A DNA stretch of 64,000 nt from Macrostomum lignano (Eukaryota), in NCBI GenBank assembly GCA_002269645.1, contig NIVC01000201.1, positions 496,001 to 560,000 of the forward strand, in the 5' to 3' direction. Numbering within the stretch: the stretch's first letter is position 1; the number at the start of each line of letters is the position of its first letter. Below the pieces are notes generated by a model. That model did no database searches, was not told where the DNA came from, and worked only from the letters and a program-made list of their open reading frames with translations. Position numbers and translations under genes: made by a program. Below, in pieces: positions 49,028 to 61,234 of this stretch.

Positions 49028-49744
49028 GCTGAGTTGGCCAACTCTCTCTCTGTGTGTCACTTGATTCCTAATCCCAGGGCAAAAGTATTGAGTCTTGGCG
49101 AATTATCTGATGACAGCTAAATTCAGCCCAATATTTCTATCATGCTCATGCATCCGCTGAACTGTTTGCCTGCAAAGCAATTGGAGTTGCTTTTGCATTT
49201 TCAAGCCCGCTTCTGTTTAGACATTCAACTGCATCACTTCAGTATAATGCAAATCATGTTGATTTGCTTTGCTTGTTACCATGAGTACTCTGCTCAGCAA
49301 CTATCTGCTGGTTATCTACTTCCACACAGTGTCGCTTTGTATCAATTCTGCATCATTAGTTGCTCGAAAGAAATTTGCCACGTGTTGAAGTTAAATAATT
49401 TGACAATACATTGCAGAGCGAACCATATCGTTCGAAACAAAAAAAGGAAAGCTGATTTCTACTTGCACCTATTTTTGAGCAAATAATAGGATAATGAGGC
49501 TTCAACATTCGTTTCTAATGCCAGACAATGCCGTGACAAGAATCGCGAAAGACTCGTTGCGAACAACTCACTAGTGACTCTGAGGGCGACTCAAACGACT
49601 GCAATGTGACGGAGAGGTGACTATTGAGTCACGAGCGCATCACTTGAGCTGCAGAGTCGCAGAAAATAAAACGTCTCAAATTGACTCTCAGAAGACTCTT
49701 ACGGAACTTGTGCCGTGTCATCTCGTCGTTTGGAGTCGTCTCGA

Positions 49745-50038
49745 GTCACTTCCCTACTCGTATTTTACCTGTGTCACCTGTAACGACTCCATGGCGACAC
49801 AAGTCACTTCCCTACTCGTATTTTACCTGTGTCACCTGTAACGACTCCATGGCGACACAAGTCACTTCCCTACTCGTATTTTACCTGTGTCACCTGTAAC
49901 GACTCCATGGCGACACAAGTCACTTCCCTACTCGTATTTTACCTGTGTCACCTGTAACGACTCCATGGCGACACAAGTCACTTCCCTACTCGTATTTTAC
50001 CTGTGTCACCTGTAACGACTCCATGGCGACGCAAGTGA
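49745..50038. repeat. 58-bp tandem repeat, 5 copies
   Basis: GTCACTTCCCTACTCGTATTTTACCTGTGTCACCTGTAACGACTCCATGGCGACACAA repeated. Confidence 0.96.
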
Positions 50039-50616
50039 CGCCCCTTTTTATCGGACGAATTGCATATTTTTACCTTGGGGTGCCCTGCGCACAGCAGCCT
50101 TAAAATGTGTTGAAATAGGCGCCAATAATTGGCTAACAATGAACCTTTTTGCTGGGAATTACAGTATTGGCACCTGGAGCTTCTCCCATCTTAAAAATTG
50201 CGGCTTCACTGGCATCTGCGCAGAATTCTGTAGATTTTATTTTTCAGGCGATAAAACTGTTTTCATATCTGCCCAGGACTTGCAGCCTTCCACTGTCCCG
50301 CTTGCCAATGAGTCTTCAGCATTGTAACGTTGCTAGGGCTGACGGCGCCGCATTTTTTGGCCCAGGGTGCCGGCTTGAATTCAGCTTTTCAGCCACGCTA
50401 ATTGGGCATTCACTGCATGGAAATTTCATGACTATAGAACCAGCCAACCCAGAGCTACAAGACATTGTCAAGACAAAGAATGGCCTTCAATTGTTTTCCG
50501 ACAGTATTGCATTGGAGGCTGCTGTAACTTAAATAATGGGAACGCAATCGTCAGCATGACAGTGAAAACAAGCAGCCGCTTTCCAGTCCGCAAATTTCTG
50601 CATTCCGGACTCTGCA

Positions 50617-51840
50617 ATGATGTCTTTATTCATTTCTTTGCTGCATCTGCTTCTCAAGATTTCCTTGGCCACTGCAGAGCCGCTCGAAGTGCTGTACGAA
50701 GTTCACAGCAGCAGCTGGTCTGGCGATCGGGTTCACCAGTTCCACATTGCGGAAGAAACTCGTGTCCGTGGCGAGCTGCAGTGCGCGGTACTTGCCGCCA
50801 AGAGGCTGCTCCCTGACCAGTTTCTGGTCTTCATCGAAGGCCTCGGTGTGGGACGGTCGCAGTGCATTCTGGGTGAGTTGCACGCCAACCGCAGTTGCAC
50901 GCACTGATTTCATTCATCCCCGTCGTAATCTTCATCCCGATCTCGCCAAACACTGATGCATGCACTGGCTTCATTCTAATCCCATCCCCATCTCGCATCG
51001 CTGCACTTCAGCCAGCCGGAGTGGCGCGGTGTGTCGCCGCCTGATGCCGCCGACTGAGGCGTCTCCGTGCTGCACCAGGGTGACTGACCATTGCAGTTCT
51101 CTGTGTAACCTTTGTCCGTGTGCTGTGAGATGGCCAGCTACTAACTGCGACCCCCACCCGATGTTGCAGGTGTTTGTGACGTCGCTCAGCGGCTGCCTCA
51201 TCAGCGTTCAGCGCCGAGTCGACGACTCGACCAGCTTCGATCGCAGCTGGGCCGAATACGCAGCCGGCTTCGGTCCGGGGCCGCACAGCAACCACTGGAT
51301 CGGTGAGGCTGCAATTTCCGCATGCAGGCGACTCAGTGTGTATCGTAGTATGCATATACAGTGTTTACCGTGTGTACCGTACCGTATGTCACAGTTGCGC
51401 TTGCTCAATTAACAGGTCTGAGAAGCCTCAACTCCCTCACGTGGCCTTCCGGTCGGCCGCTGCTCATTCGGATGAGGCTGTGGAACGACACGGAGTACTG
51501 GGCGAACTACAGCTCCTTCTCTGTGGACAGCGAGGACAGCAAGTTTAAAGCCAACATCAGCGGCTTCAGCGGCAGTTCAGGACTCGGAGACTGCATGGCT
51601 ATCTGCAACGGCATGAAGTTCAGCACCTTTGATTCGGACAACGACATTTATTCAGGGAGCTGCAGCGCCTCGTTCAAGGGAGGCTGGTGGTACGGTTCGT
51701 GCCACTGCACCAACCCGAACGGACTTTACTTTTATTCGCCCACTGCTCTCAATACTTCTGTCTATGCCAAGAGCGTCTGCTGGAGATATCCATTTGGCTA
51801 CTACTATTCGATGAAGGAGTTCGAGATGCTGCTTCTGTGA
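50617..51840 (+). CDS. Secreted fibrinogen-related-domain (FReD) protein
   Basis: Exons 50617-50872, 51012-51079, 51170-51302, 51416-51840 (phases 1,0,1); ~293 aa; signal-peptide-like N-terminus; VQRRVDDSTSFDRSWAEYAAGFG, HWIGL, GMKFSTFDSDND, GGWWYGSCHCTNPNGLY. Exon 2 is the least certain. Confidence 0.87.
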
Positions 51841-51937
51841 TTTTGCATCAATCGATTAGATTGCAGATGAAATGTTTTTAGAAAAAAATGGAACGTTGCT
51901 GTTTGTAAAACTGAGGTTTATTTTGATTTTTGTCGCA

Positions 51938-52245
51938 GGGGTTGTAGGCAGCCTAGTGATCAGAGCGCCGGACTAATGACTGAAAGGTCGGAGGTTCGAT
52001 TCTCGACCCCACTCGGAACAACTTGTGCTCCTTGAGCAAGACACTCAACTCTGCATTGCTTCAGTTCACCCAGCTGTAAAATGGGCACCAGCATTAGCTG
52101 GGGTAATTGAGGGTGTGTGTGGCGACCCCCTTCCCAGTCCTTGGACTGAACAGCCGTACGCAGCCTTCAGATGCGCCGCGCAATAGCTGCGGCTGAGCTG
52201 TCGGTTGCACACCTGCATATTAGGGCAGGTGTACTCAATTATTAT
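51938..52245 (+). mobile_element. tRNA-derived SINE
   Basis: A-box-like GGCAGCCTAGTGAT, B-box GGTTCGATTC, central GTGCTCCTTGAGCAAGACACTCAAC...CACCCAGCTGTAAAATGGG domain, (ATT)n tail. Confidence 0.8.
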
Positions 52246-52510
52246 TATTTATTTTCGTCGCATACCGTGAAAATTTTGGTTTATTCCTAATTAACTGGTT
52301 CCAACTACTGCTGAGCTACAAACTCAACCGCAAACACGCGTTTGTAGTTTTATGTAACTGTCGGTGTTCTCTTAATTGTCACCTTGCTTTTTTCGCTCCA
52401 ACGGTACCGCAAATTTTACCTTCTTTATCGTTATTTTCCTCTAAAATGTAATATTCTTTCTATCAGTCGCTTGATTCGTTAACCTTGTTTTTGTTAGAAA
52501 CAACCGGTTT

Positions 52511-52665
52511 CAGTGGTTGCGCAGAAAGGCGGCCAGGGCTGGGACCGGGGCGCCCACCCAGAGACAGAGCCGCTCGCCAAGAGGCAGGGGCGCCCGCCAA
52601 CACCAAATATTGGTGCCCCTTAGGGTAGCGACCCCCTCGTATTAAAATTTCTGCGTAAGCCACTG
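52511..52665. mobile_element. hAT-like MITE
   Basis: Imperfect TIRs CAGTGGTTGCGCAGAAA ... TTTCTGCGTAAGCCACTG; no clear TSD. Confidence 0.6.
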
Positions 52666-53385
52666 ACTTTTTGAAGCTAACGCAAGCATATTTTAAGTTT
52701 CTGCATGCATTAATTTAGTGTTCTGTAGCATCAGTTACTTTCCTGTCAATTTGAAGATGACAAACACTTAAAAAAACTATTTTTTCTGTGCCTTTTACTC
52801 GCTAATAAGTTATTTTACCACAAGATGACACAATAAAGGTTAAATACTAAAAGTTGTCTTTAAAGTCGTCATTTACATCTTTGAGGAGTCATATTTCTAT
52901 ATTGTTAGAAATGCCTTTACGAGACAGCCTTGTTGTACTTCTAATCTAAGTAAACATTTTACAATGTTTGAATATTTTTTAAACATCAAAAATCGAGTTT
53001 TTCTACTTACAGTAGCCAGAAACGCGTAGGATTGAAGAAGAATAATTTCTCTCGTCGCGTTTGAAAACCAGGCCAGGCCGGGCGTGCAGGCGCTCCGATT
53101 GTTTCTATTTTTAGAAACAAATTTGCCTCCCGCCAGCGGAACAGGCAGTCGGGAATGTGACGTGAAGTTTATGCATTTGATCGATTTTCTATCGCAGCCC
53201 TCGACTTCAGGAACCCTGCTGTCGCACTCTATATTGCTTCCAGGGCCCAGACGTATGGCGGATATGGGTTTGATACTGTCTGAAACTGCACTAGAAACCC
53301 TGCTTGACAAATCATGCAGTCTCATCAATAGAGAATCGTCAACCTCTTATTAGTTAAGCTAAGCTGAGAGATTTTAACCAGCCAG

Positions 53386-53990
53386 CCCGATGAAAACGGT
53401 ACCCAGGCCAAGAAGCGTCCCAGAGTCACTTGCGTCGCCCCAGAATCGTTCTAGACGCGTTGCAGATTACATAGGTTAAATGGGACAGAAGTGACTCTAA
53501 ACGCTTCTAAAGCGACGAAATGTCACGGTACAAGTCGCCAAAAAGTCGTCAAAGAGTCGCCCCAGAATCACTTTGAAGCGTTTCATTGTCTGCGACTCTA
53601 AAACGATTCTGGGGCGACGCAAGTGATTCTGGCGCGACTCTAGTGACTCTGGGGCGACGGTATAACGATTCTGGGGCCGTAGAGTCGTATTTGACGCGTT
53701 CCAGAGTCGCATTAGAGTCACTAAGTTGTGTTTGAAGCGCATTTGCGTCACTTTATGAATTAGAGTCACATTTCCGGCGTTTCAGCGGCGTTTTGCAGTC
53801 GCTAAAAAGTCGCAAAAGAAGCGCTTTAGCGTCACTGTAGAATCGTTACTGCGGCACTTCTGAGGCGCTCTGGACGCGTTAGAAGCGTTATACAGTCGCT
53901 AAAAAGTCGCAAAAGAAGCGCTTTAGCGCCACTATAGAATCGTTAGTGCGTCGCATCTGAGGCGCTTCGGACGCGTTACAGAGTCGTTAC
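53386..53990. repeat. GACTC/CGAC-rich dispersed repeat with internal inverted and direct subrepeats (probable non-autonomous DNA transposon)
   Basis: ~35-bp inverted pair at 53418-53456 and 53598-53633; ~100-bp direct pair at ~53795 and ~53896; head shared with 20148. Confidence 0.6.
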
Positions 53991-54622
53991 TACTACCGGC
54001 CTTGAACAGACTGCTGGATCCTCATTTCTGGTGCATAGAAAGTGCATGCTCTTCAGCTAGAAACCCAGTACGCTGCAAACTTAGCGAAATAATGCAAAAT
54101 TCGGAAAAGAACGAATTTCTTTTGAAAATTTTCATGCGTTTTCGACAGGCGTCACAAGTCTGCCATTTATTGTTGAATATTGGCCGCCAGTTTATTGTTA
54201 TATTATTACAACAAAAATAGTGACAAAAGGGTATTACTCGTAGTATTATTAGTGGCAGTGTTAGTAACAGTAGTAATAACTATTAAGTGGAAGTACAGAA
54301 TGATCACGAATATTACAGTTGAGTGATGATAAGTTTATTATTAGTATTACATTTATTATTATTATCAAAAATAGTGATTGAATTATTGAGATTATTAACA
54401 ACAGAAATCATTAAATTATTATCAAACATAAGTGAAACATCGACAATAAAATGATTTATACATATACAGTAGACAACGAATTCTCGCAGCTACGCTTTCA
54501 TACAAGGAGAGTGGATAAGAGTAGCAGATTTATCGTATCGTTCTACGAGTACGCTCGTACAATACAATAGTCTTGTGCTATCAAAGTATTGCAACCTTTA
54601 CAAGTACTTACAAGGCTACAAG

Positions 54623-54781
54623 CAGGGGCGTAGGGAGGGGGGAATGGGGGGATGTATATCCCCCTCCGAAGAGCCTGATGAAAACTTTTTTGTTGCCCTT
54701 TGTTGCTATACATGCTACCATGTGAGCACTTTTACCTTGGTGTATCCCCCCCCCGTAGGAAATTCCTGGCTACGCCCCCTG
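54623..54781. mobile_element. hAT-like MITE
   Basis: TIRs CAGGGGCGTAG ... CTACGCCCCCTG; 8-bp flanks GCTACAAG and ACTAAAAG match at 6/8 (degenerate TSD). Confidence 0.7.
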
Positions 54782-54789
54782 ACTAAAAG

Positions 54790-55380
54790 ATCGAAGATGG
54801 GGAGGAGGGCCTCGAAGACAAGCCACGCAGTGGCTGGCCGGCAGAGCTGGACGGCGGTGCATTTGAGCTGCTGCTTGAAAGGGACACCCGGCAGACCACG
54901 GGTGAGCTGGCCGCGCAGCTGGCTGTGCATCATTCCACTGTTGCTGACCACCTTGACCGTCTGAACAAGAAGCCAAAGCTGGGGATGCTGGGTGCTCCAC
55001 CAGCTGACCTCCATTAACAGGTTGATTCCGATGCAAAGCCAGAGTGAGAGACCAAGGCTGAGCTGCACCCCAAGAAGGTCATGCTTTCAGTATTCTGGGA
55101 CACGAAAGGAATCATAACGTGGGAGCTGCTGTTGAAGAACATTAGCATCAATGCCACTTTCCACCAGGAGCAGCTTGAGCGCCTGCATCAGAAGCTGGCT
55201 GAGGTGCGCCCTGAACGTCGCCGGGTCATATTGCTGCACGACAACGCACCTGCGCACAAGGCACAGTCGACCCGTCAGAAGCTGCTCGAGTTGGGCTGGA
55301 AGATTCTTTCCCACCGTACAGCACCCACCGATTATCACCTGTTTGCCGCCCTCAGCCGGCAAAAAGTTAAATAATGAGGA
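54790..55380 (+). mobile_element. Mariner transposase remnant
   Basis: GLEDKPRSGWP..., HHSTVADHL...KLG/WVLHQLT, PKKVMLSVFWD, ILLHDNAPAH, TDYHLF; frameshifted with internal deletions. Confidence 0.88.
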
Positions 55381-55461
55381 CGACCTGAAGACCCGAACTT
55401 CTTCGAGGGCCAACAATGCCCGGAGCTCTATAACCATGTCAATGTAAATTGATAACCCCGT

Positions 55462-55821
55462 CGAGGGCTGAGCAATAAGTTTCCGGATGTGCATAGTTGA
55501 GAGGCGGCTGACAAAATCTGACACCATAGGAGTCAAGTACATTATATAAGTACAATTTTTGTAAAGTTTCAAACACACTGGTCATGTATAGGCTGTGCAG
55601 CACCCAAACCAAGCTAGCATACCCACCCTATCTATCAAATTCGCAGTGGAGCTCAATAGGATTCATTGTAAAGCAATGATTTATTACGATTTTAAAAGTG
55701 GTTTGCGGCAGCAAGAAAGTCTTGAGCGATTGCGAGGAGCTTTTGGGGATGAAGCACCTTCTAGATGTAACTGTTTTTTTCTCTGTCTGGGCACATCCGG
55801 AAACTTATTGCTCAGCCCTCG
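55462..55821 (+). mobile_element. Internally deleted mariner (360 bp) with perfect 31-bp TIRs
   Basis: CGAGGGCTGAGCAATAAGTTTCCGGATGTGC at 55462-55492 and its exact reverse complement at 55791-55821 followed by TA; internal MIYYDFKSGLRQQESLERLRGAFGDEAPS is a mariner N-terminal HTH. Confidence 0.9.
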
Positions 55822-55943
55822 TACAGAAAACTTTTACATTGAATGAACTAGTGACAAATGTGAAAAAAAAATCCCTACAAGCTGACGTTCCCGCAAACTG
55901 CAATGCCTGTTTAATTATTGATTAGTTTAATATTTGTCTTATG

Positions 55944-58154
55944 TCAGTTCCCCTGATCAGCTTCCGGGTCGTCTGGCTCCTCTTGGGCACGTTGGTCGGT
56001 GGATCGCTTGGCTTTCATCAGCTCACTGCGCAACCGCCGAAACGCCAACTGCAGTCGCGAAGGAGGGACGTGGGCCTTCACAATTCGTACAAGAAATGAT
56101 TGTACTACGTCCAGGGTCCTCTCCGCTACACAATCCCTTGACCGGCCTGTCAACGACTTTGTACGCAAGTCCTCCTCGCTGAAAACAGCACGGAGAAGCG
56201 CTCTGAGCACGAGCATCTCGGTATGCTCGCTTTTTCGCTCCCCGTGTGTCTCCACCGCGGACATAAGCGTCGAGTAGCTGCGAGCCTTGACCTGTAGTAG
56301 AAGGGGTAGAATTTTGAGCTGCAGAGCGATATTGGACTTTGAAATTGCAATTGCATCCACGAATCCATTTTTGCTACCTTGAACGGGTGCCCCGGCATGA
56401 GCGGAACCATTTCGGCCTCCGGTGCTTCTTCTACATGCTGCTGCACGCTGCTGAATGCAGCGCCAGCTGCTGCTGAAGATGCAGCGGCAGCGGCAACGGG
56501 CATTGCAGAGGCGGCGGCAACGGGAATTAAAGTGGCGGCGGTAACGGCGGTTGCAGCAGCGGATGTGGCAGCGACAGTGGCAACGGCACCTGACGGCGTT
56601 TCCTCGGCCATCAGCTCCGCCATCAGATCGCCTGTCTCGCCAGGTCGCGAGACGCCAGCGCCGTCACTGTGCCACTGTGTCAGCGTTCCGACTGCGGCAG
56701 CTTTTATTGCGTCAGCGAATTGGCAGATGCTACTGAACTGCCGCATCACTCCGTCATTCGTACGGGCACGGTCCTGCTGGGCCTGTGCAAGTGGTGGTAT
56801 TTGATGATGAGGTGTGGTTTTAAGAATTGGAACGAGTATGTAATCGTAGTTTCACTTCTAGTGCATCAGAAGGGCCGTGCCTCACCTCTATTAGTGCCGC
56901 CTGCATTTTGTCCAGCTCGCGCTCCATGCTCCCAACCTTGAGGAGCAGCTCCCCATTTTCTCTGGCCAACCGGTCAACCGTCAGATCTCGGGCTGCCAGA
57001 TCTGTCTGCAGCTGACCCACGGTCAGCTGGAGAGCCTGCAGCGAGGCCGCAGTTTCATGCAACTTTGCGTCCCACACGGCGCACTGCGAGCACGTGTCTG
57101 GCACTACAGGAGAATGTAAGGGTGGGAGTTTTTTAAACATTCTCTCTCTGGCTTTGGCTTCCCGTTTGTCAGCTGGACCCCAGAATAAAATTGCAGGATA
57201 CCGACAGCTGTTAGCGGACGGCTTCCTTGCCCAGAAGACGGAGACTTCATCCCATCTGTGATGCCCGTTAGTTGGTGGTGGGTCACAGAAACAAACAGTG
57301 CCATCCATTGCACGAAAGCTGCCTGCTTCTTTAAACTGTACCACCCACCAGGACGACCCACCTAATGCGACGGCAGACGCAGCGGATGGGGTGGCAGCAG
57401 CGCCGGTGGCAGCAGAGGTCGCGCCGGTGGCAGCGGAGCCGGTGGCAGCAGCGCCGGTGGCAGCAGAGGTCGCGCCGGTGGCAGCGGAGCCGGTGGCAGC
57501 AGCGCCGGTGGCAGCAGAGGTCGCGCCGGTGGCAGCGCAGCCGGTGGCAGCAGAGGTCGTGCCGGTGGCAGCAGCGCCGGTGGCAGCAGAGGTCGCGCCG
57601 GTGGCAGCGGAGCCGGTGGCAGCAGAGGTCGCGCCGGTGGCAGCGGAGCCGGTGGCAGCAGAGGTCGCGCCGGTGGCAGCGGAGCCGGTGGCAGCAGCGC
57701 CGGTGGCAGCAGAGGTCGCGCCGGTGGCAGCGCAGCCGGTGGCAGCAGAGGTCGTGCCGGTGGCAGCAGCGCCGGTGGCAGCAGAGGTCGCGCCGGTGGC
57801 AGCGGAGCCGGTGGCAGCAGCGCCGGTGGCAGCAGAGGTCGCGCCGGTGGCAGCGGAGCCGGTGGCAGCAGAGGTCGCGCCGGTGGCAGCGGAGCCGGTG
57901 GCAGCAGAGGTCGTGCCGGTGGCAGCGGAGGCAGTTGGCAGTCGCTTCGGCCGATGCGACCGGCCATCGGTTCGGTTGTGCACCGTGGCTGAGCAGCGGC
58001 CGCACAAAAACATTGAAGTCAGTGGGCATTTGGAGCACCGCACCTCCGCCAGGCTGGTACATGAAGCACAGCTCCTAGCGTCTTGAGCAGCTCGCGTCGG
58101 GAGGCTGCCCGACTTATCGGCTGTGCGGCGGCGAGTCTGGCGACCGGATGACAT
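55944..58154 (-). CDS. Transposon accessory (TnpA-like) protein: B-box-like zinc finger, AT/GS repeats, coiled coil, C-terminal BEN-like domain
   Basis: Exons 58154-56886, 56782-56378, 56291-55944, all phase 0 with GT-AG; ~673 aa; CASC...RCSKC...LCGRCSATVH...H; LLRAVFSEEDLRTKSLTGR BEN-like motif. Confidence 0.72.
57385..57930. repeat. Coding tandem repeat (15/21-bp CCGGTGGCAGCA-based units) encoding (AATGS/AATGATS)n
   Basis: Direct reading; all units are multiples of 3. Confidence 0.93.
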
Positions 58155-59644
58155 TTCGCTGAAAAAATTTTAGTGGGGTCCGTTCCGTTTCAAATTCCAT
58201 ATGGGTTCTCATACATTTGAAGGAGTAACGCAGTTTGCTGAATTCACTTATAAAAGTGTATGTACACTCGTATATATTTTCGGGAGGTGAAGAAGCAGGC
58301 GGAAAAGCAATCTTGCCGAGCAGATAGCTAACAGTTGACGTGGGAAACTTGAACATATAAAGTAAATGTTACGTAATACCTGGCCATCCCTAACGGCATA
58401 GCATTGTAAACTCATAAGTTCGAAGCTTCGCATGCTCAAAATTTACGAGCAGAGCTGACGTTCAATTTCGAAGCTTTTGTCATGTCCCCTCTTAAGTCCC
58501 TCTTTCCAGGCCTGGCCCTGGCGCCGTGTGCAACGGCTGACATTTTTGTTTCATCTGCTTGTATTGTCTACTGCTTTAAACGAATAATTTAATCAATAGT
58601 TCGTTCACGAGTATGACACTTGGGTATGCGGCATGACAGCGATATGGGTATCGTTGAAGGCACACGTGCCGATGATTTCGGCCGCATGGAGGACGACATC
58701 TGCATCGTCAGGAAAGACGTCAAACGGATGACAGGCGAGCCTCCGAACGTGGCAGTAAGTGCAGCCGGCTTCTTCAGGATCTGCAATGCCTGCCAAAAGA
58801 AAAAGCGGCTGCAGCGGTGCATCGGCTAACGGCAGTGGGCTGACTTGAAACGCTGCCGTGTCATTGGCCTGCCTGATCTCTTTTACTCGCGCAAAAAGCA
58901 GAGTTCGCGAGTTCGCCGGACGAAAAGCTGCAACAAAGCAGGAGACTGTTCTCCGCAGTCGGAGCCTCGCGGAGTACGTCTCCACATAAAAGCCGCTTGG
59001 CAGCAACGCCCGCTGAAAGCAACCTGGCCGATTGCGTACTGGACGGGACAATTGCAAACCACCAGCGTAACGCGTGCCGCCCCCTTGATGACCGGGATGG
59101 CCGGCCAAGATGAGCTGCAAACGCGTCTCACTGCAGGCCGTCTCGACAGCGATGGCGTTGCTCAATTCAGCGGCCAGGTTGCGTCGGCCATGCAGTCTAG
59201 CCAGCAGCCGGCCGTGCTGCGACTCAAATAATCCAGTCGAGAGCCTGTGCACTGGGCCAAATGCTGCTGCAAACGATGGCAAATGCTGACAAACCTTGGG
59301 ATGGAGAAGAAGGGGGATGTTTCACACAGCAGTAATTAACGTTGTTGTGCTTGCAATGGAGCAGTTTTAAGTGACTTGTTACAAATTTAACTACATGGTG
59401 CACGTTATAGGTCAGAGCCCGTCTTGAGTACAACGGCTCCAGACGGTGCGCGAAATGTCGCAATGAAGTGCGTGCGCGTTCCACTTCGTACAGTGGCGCG
59501 TCGTCCAGCGTAAGCCAGAAGAAAGACGAAGACAGCAAGTTGAAATGCTGTGCGTACGTCTCCGGCAGAATGTCTGGGAACACAATCGGGCCGTACAGCA
59601 GCAACCACGCTTCCAGCTCGTGACCCCTGAGATGGCCAAGGTCT

Positions 59645-61234
59645 TCTTCTTCTTCTTCTTCTTCGGGCGTGCTCGGGCCAGGGCCCATGGCACCGGGCGT
59701 CAGATGGCGCCCGCCTTCCCGAGGAAGTTCAACACCGCGACGCAGTTCTCGAAAACTGCCGCGGGCTCCGGGCTTGGCCCCCAGAGGCGGCAGCGGTGTG
59801 ATGTCAGGGCGGGGCAGGAGATCAGCAGATGGGCCGCCGTCTCCTCTCCATCGCCACAGAGGCGGCAGGTGGGGGCCACGTCAACGCCGATGGCGGCCTG
59901 GAAGCCCCGCAGGGCCGGGCAGCGGTCGGCGCGCAGCTGGCAGATCAGCCGCTCCTGCCGCCGCGTGAGGTCGCTTGTCGGCTGAGGCGGCAGGCGGCCC
60001 GCCGTGCAGGCAAGGTGCCAGGCAAGCGAGCTCGTGCTCGCCGCCTCGGTGGCCGCCGCGTTGTAGATCTGGTGCCAGCGGGCGAGGCAGTAGCGGCGGA
60101 CGGCAGCCTGCGCGGCAGCTAGCGGTACGGGCGCGGTGCCTTGCGCCAGCGTGGTGCCTTGCTTGGCGATCTCGTCCACGGCCTCGTTGCCTGGGATTCC
60201 CGCGTGGCCAGGCACCCACTGCAGGTGGACCGAGGTTCCCCGGGCCGCGAGGTCGGCGAGGCTGCCCCAGACGGCGTCGATCATGGTGGCGCCCGTCGAC
60301 CCGGGGCCGGACGCGAGCGCGCTAAGCGCGCTCAGGGAGTCGGAGCAGATGCGGACCGGCGACAGCTCTGCCGGGTCCGGGGCCGCGAGCACCCACCGAA
60401 GGGCCTCAGCGATGGCCACTAACTCGGCGTGGAAGCTGGACGTCACATGGCCAGCAGCGACGCACAGCGTCGTGTTGGGCTCGACCAGGACGCCACTGCC
60501 GCCGTCCAGGATGCCGTCCTTCGCCGCTCCGTCGGTCCAGATCACGGTGCTGGCGGGCGGCAGGGCGGCAAGTGTCTGCTGCGCCGCGGCTCTCCGGGCC
60601 TCCGGCAGGTCCCCCGCGAGGTTGGGGAGGCCAACTGCAGCCCGAGGGTGACAGAGTCCAGAACAGCCCAGGGAGGTGTCGTCGGGATAGCGTGGACGGG
60701 CTCTCGCGGGAAGCCGCTCAGGCCCGCAGCGCTGCATACACTGGCCGCCGTCTCGCGCCAGCCGCGGGCGCTTTGGAGGCGGCGGCGCGGGCCGACGCTG
60801 GCCGCGCAGGCGCGCAGCGGGTTGTCATGCGGCAGCCGGAGGGCGCGCTCGTGGAGGAGGCCAGCGTGCATCTCCGCGCGGACTGCCATCGGCGGCAATC
60901 CAGCCTCGCGCTCCAGCACCTCCGACCTGGTGTTCCGTGGACACCCGGTGATGATGCGCGCGCCCAGGCGCTGGGCCCGGTCCAGGTGGTCGATAGCTGT
61001 CCTGCAGGCCGTCGGCATCCAGGCGCCGGCAGCGTACTCCAGCACCGGCCGCACATATGCCGTGTAGAGCTGGCGCACGTCGCTCTGCTTGGCGCCCCAG
61101 TTGCTGCCAGACAGCGCCGCCAGAACGCCGCAGCGGGCGCGGGCGCGGCCGGCGACGTTGGCGGCGTGCGCCGTGAAGCTGAGCAGCCGGTCCAGGATGA
61201 CGCCGAGGAAGCGCGGCTGGCGGTCCGTCGAGGT
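59645..61234 (-). mobile_element. 5'-truncated RNase H-bearing LINE (I/Ingi-like group)
   Basis: RT C-terminus RFLGVILDRLLSF...YVRPVLEY; RNase H IWTDGA..AELVAI..SDSLSAL..WVPGHAGIPGNEAVD; CCHC finger CRLCGDGEETAAHLLISC; (GAA)n tail; TSD CAAGGTCT at 59637-59644 and 61235-61242; one frameshift. Confidence 0.93.

Noticed and set aside
51938-52015. tRNA gene
   Set aside because: No complete cloverleaf; continues into a SINE body and tail.
57298-58086. Plus-strand (AAEVAPV)n and (RWQQ)n ORFs
   Set aside because: Antisense frames of the coding repeat in the minus-strand accessory gene.
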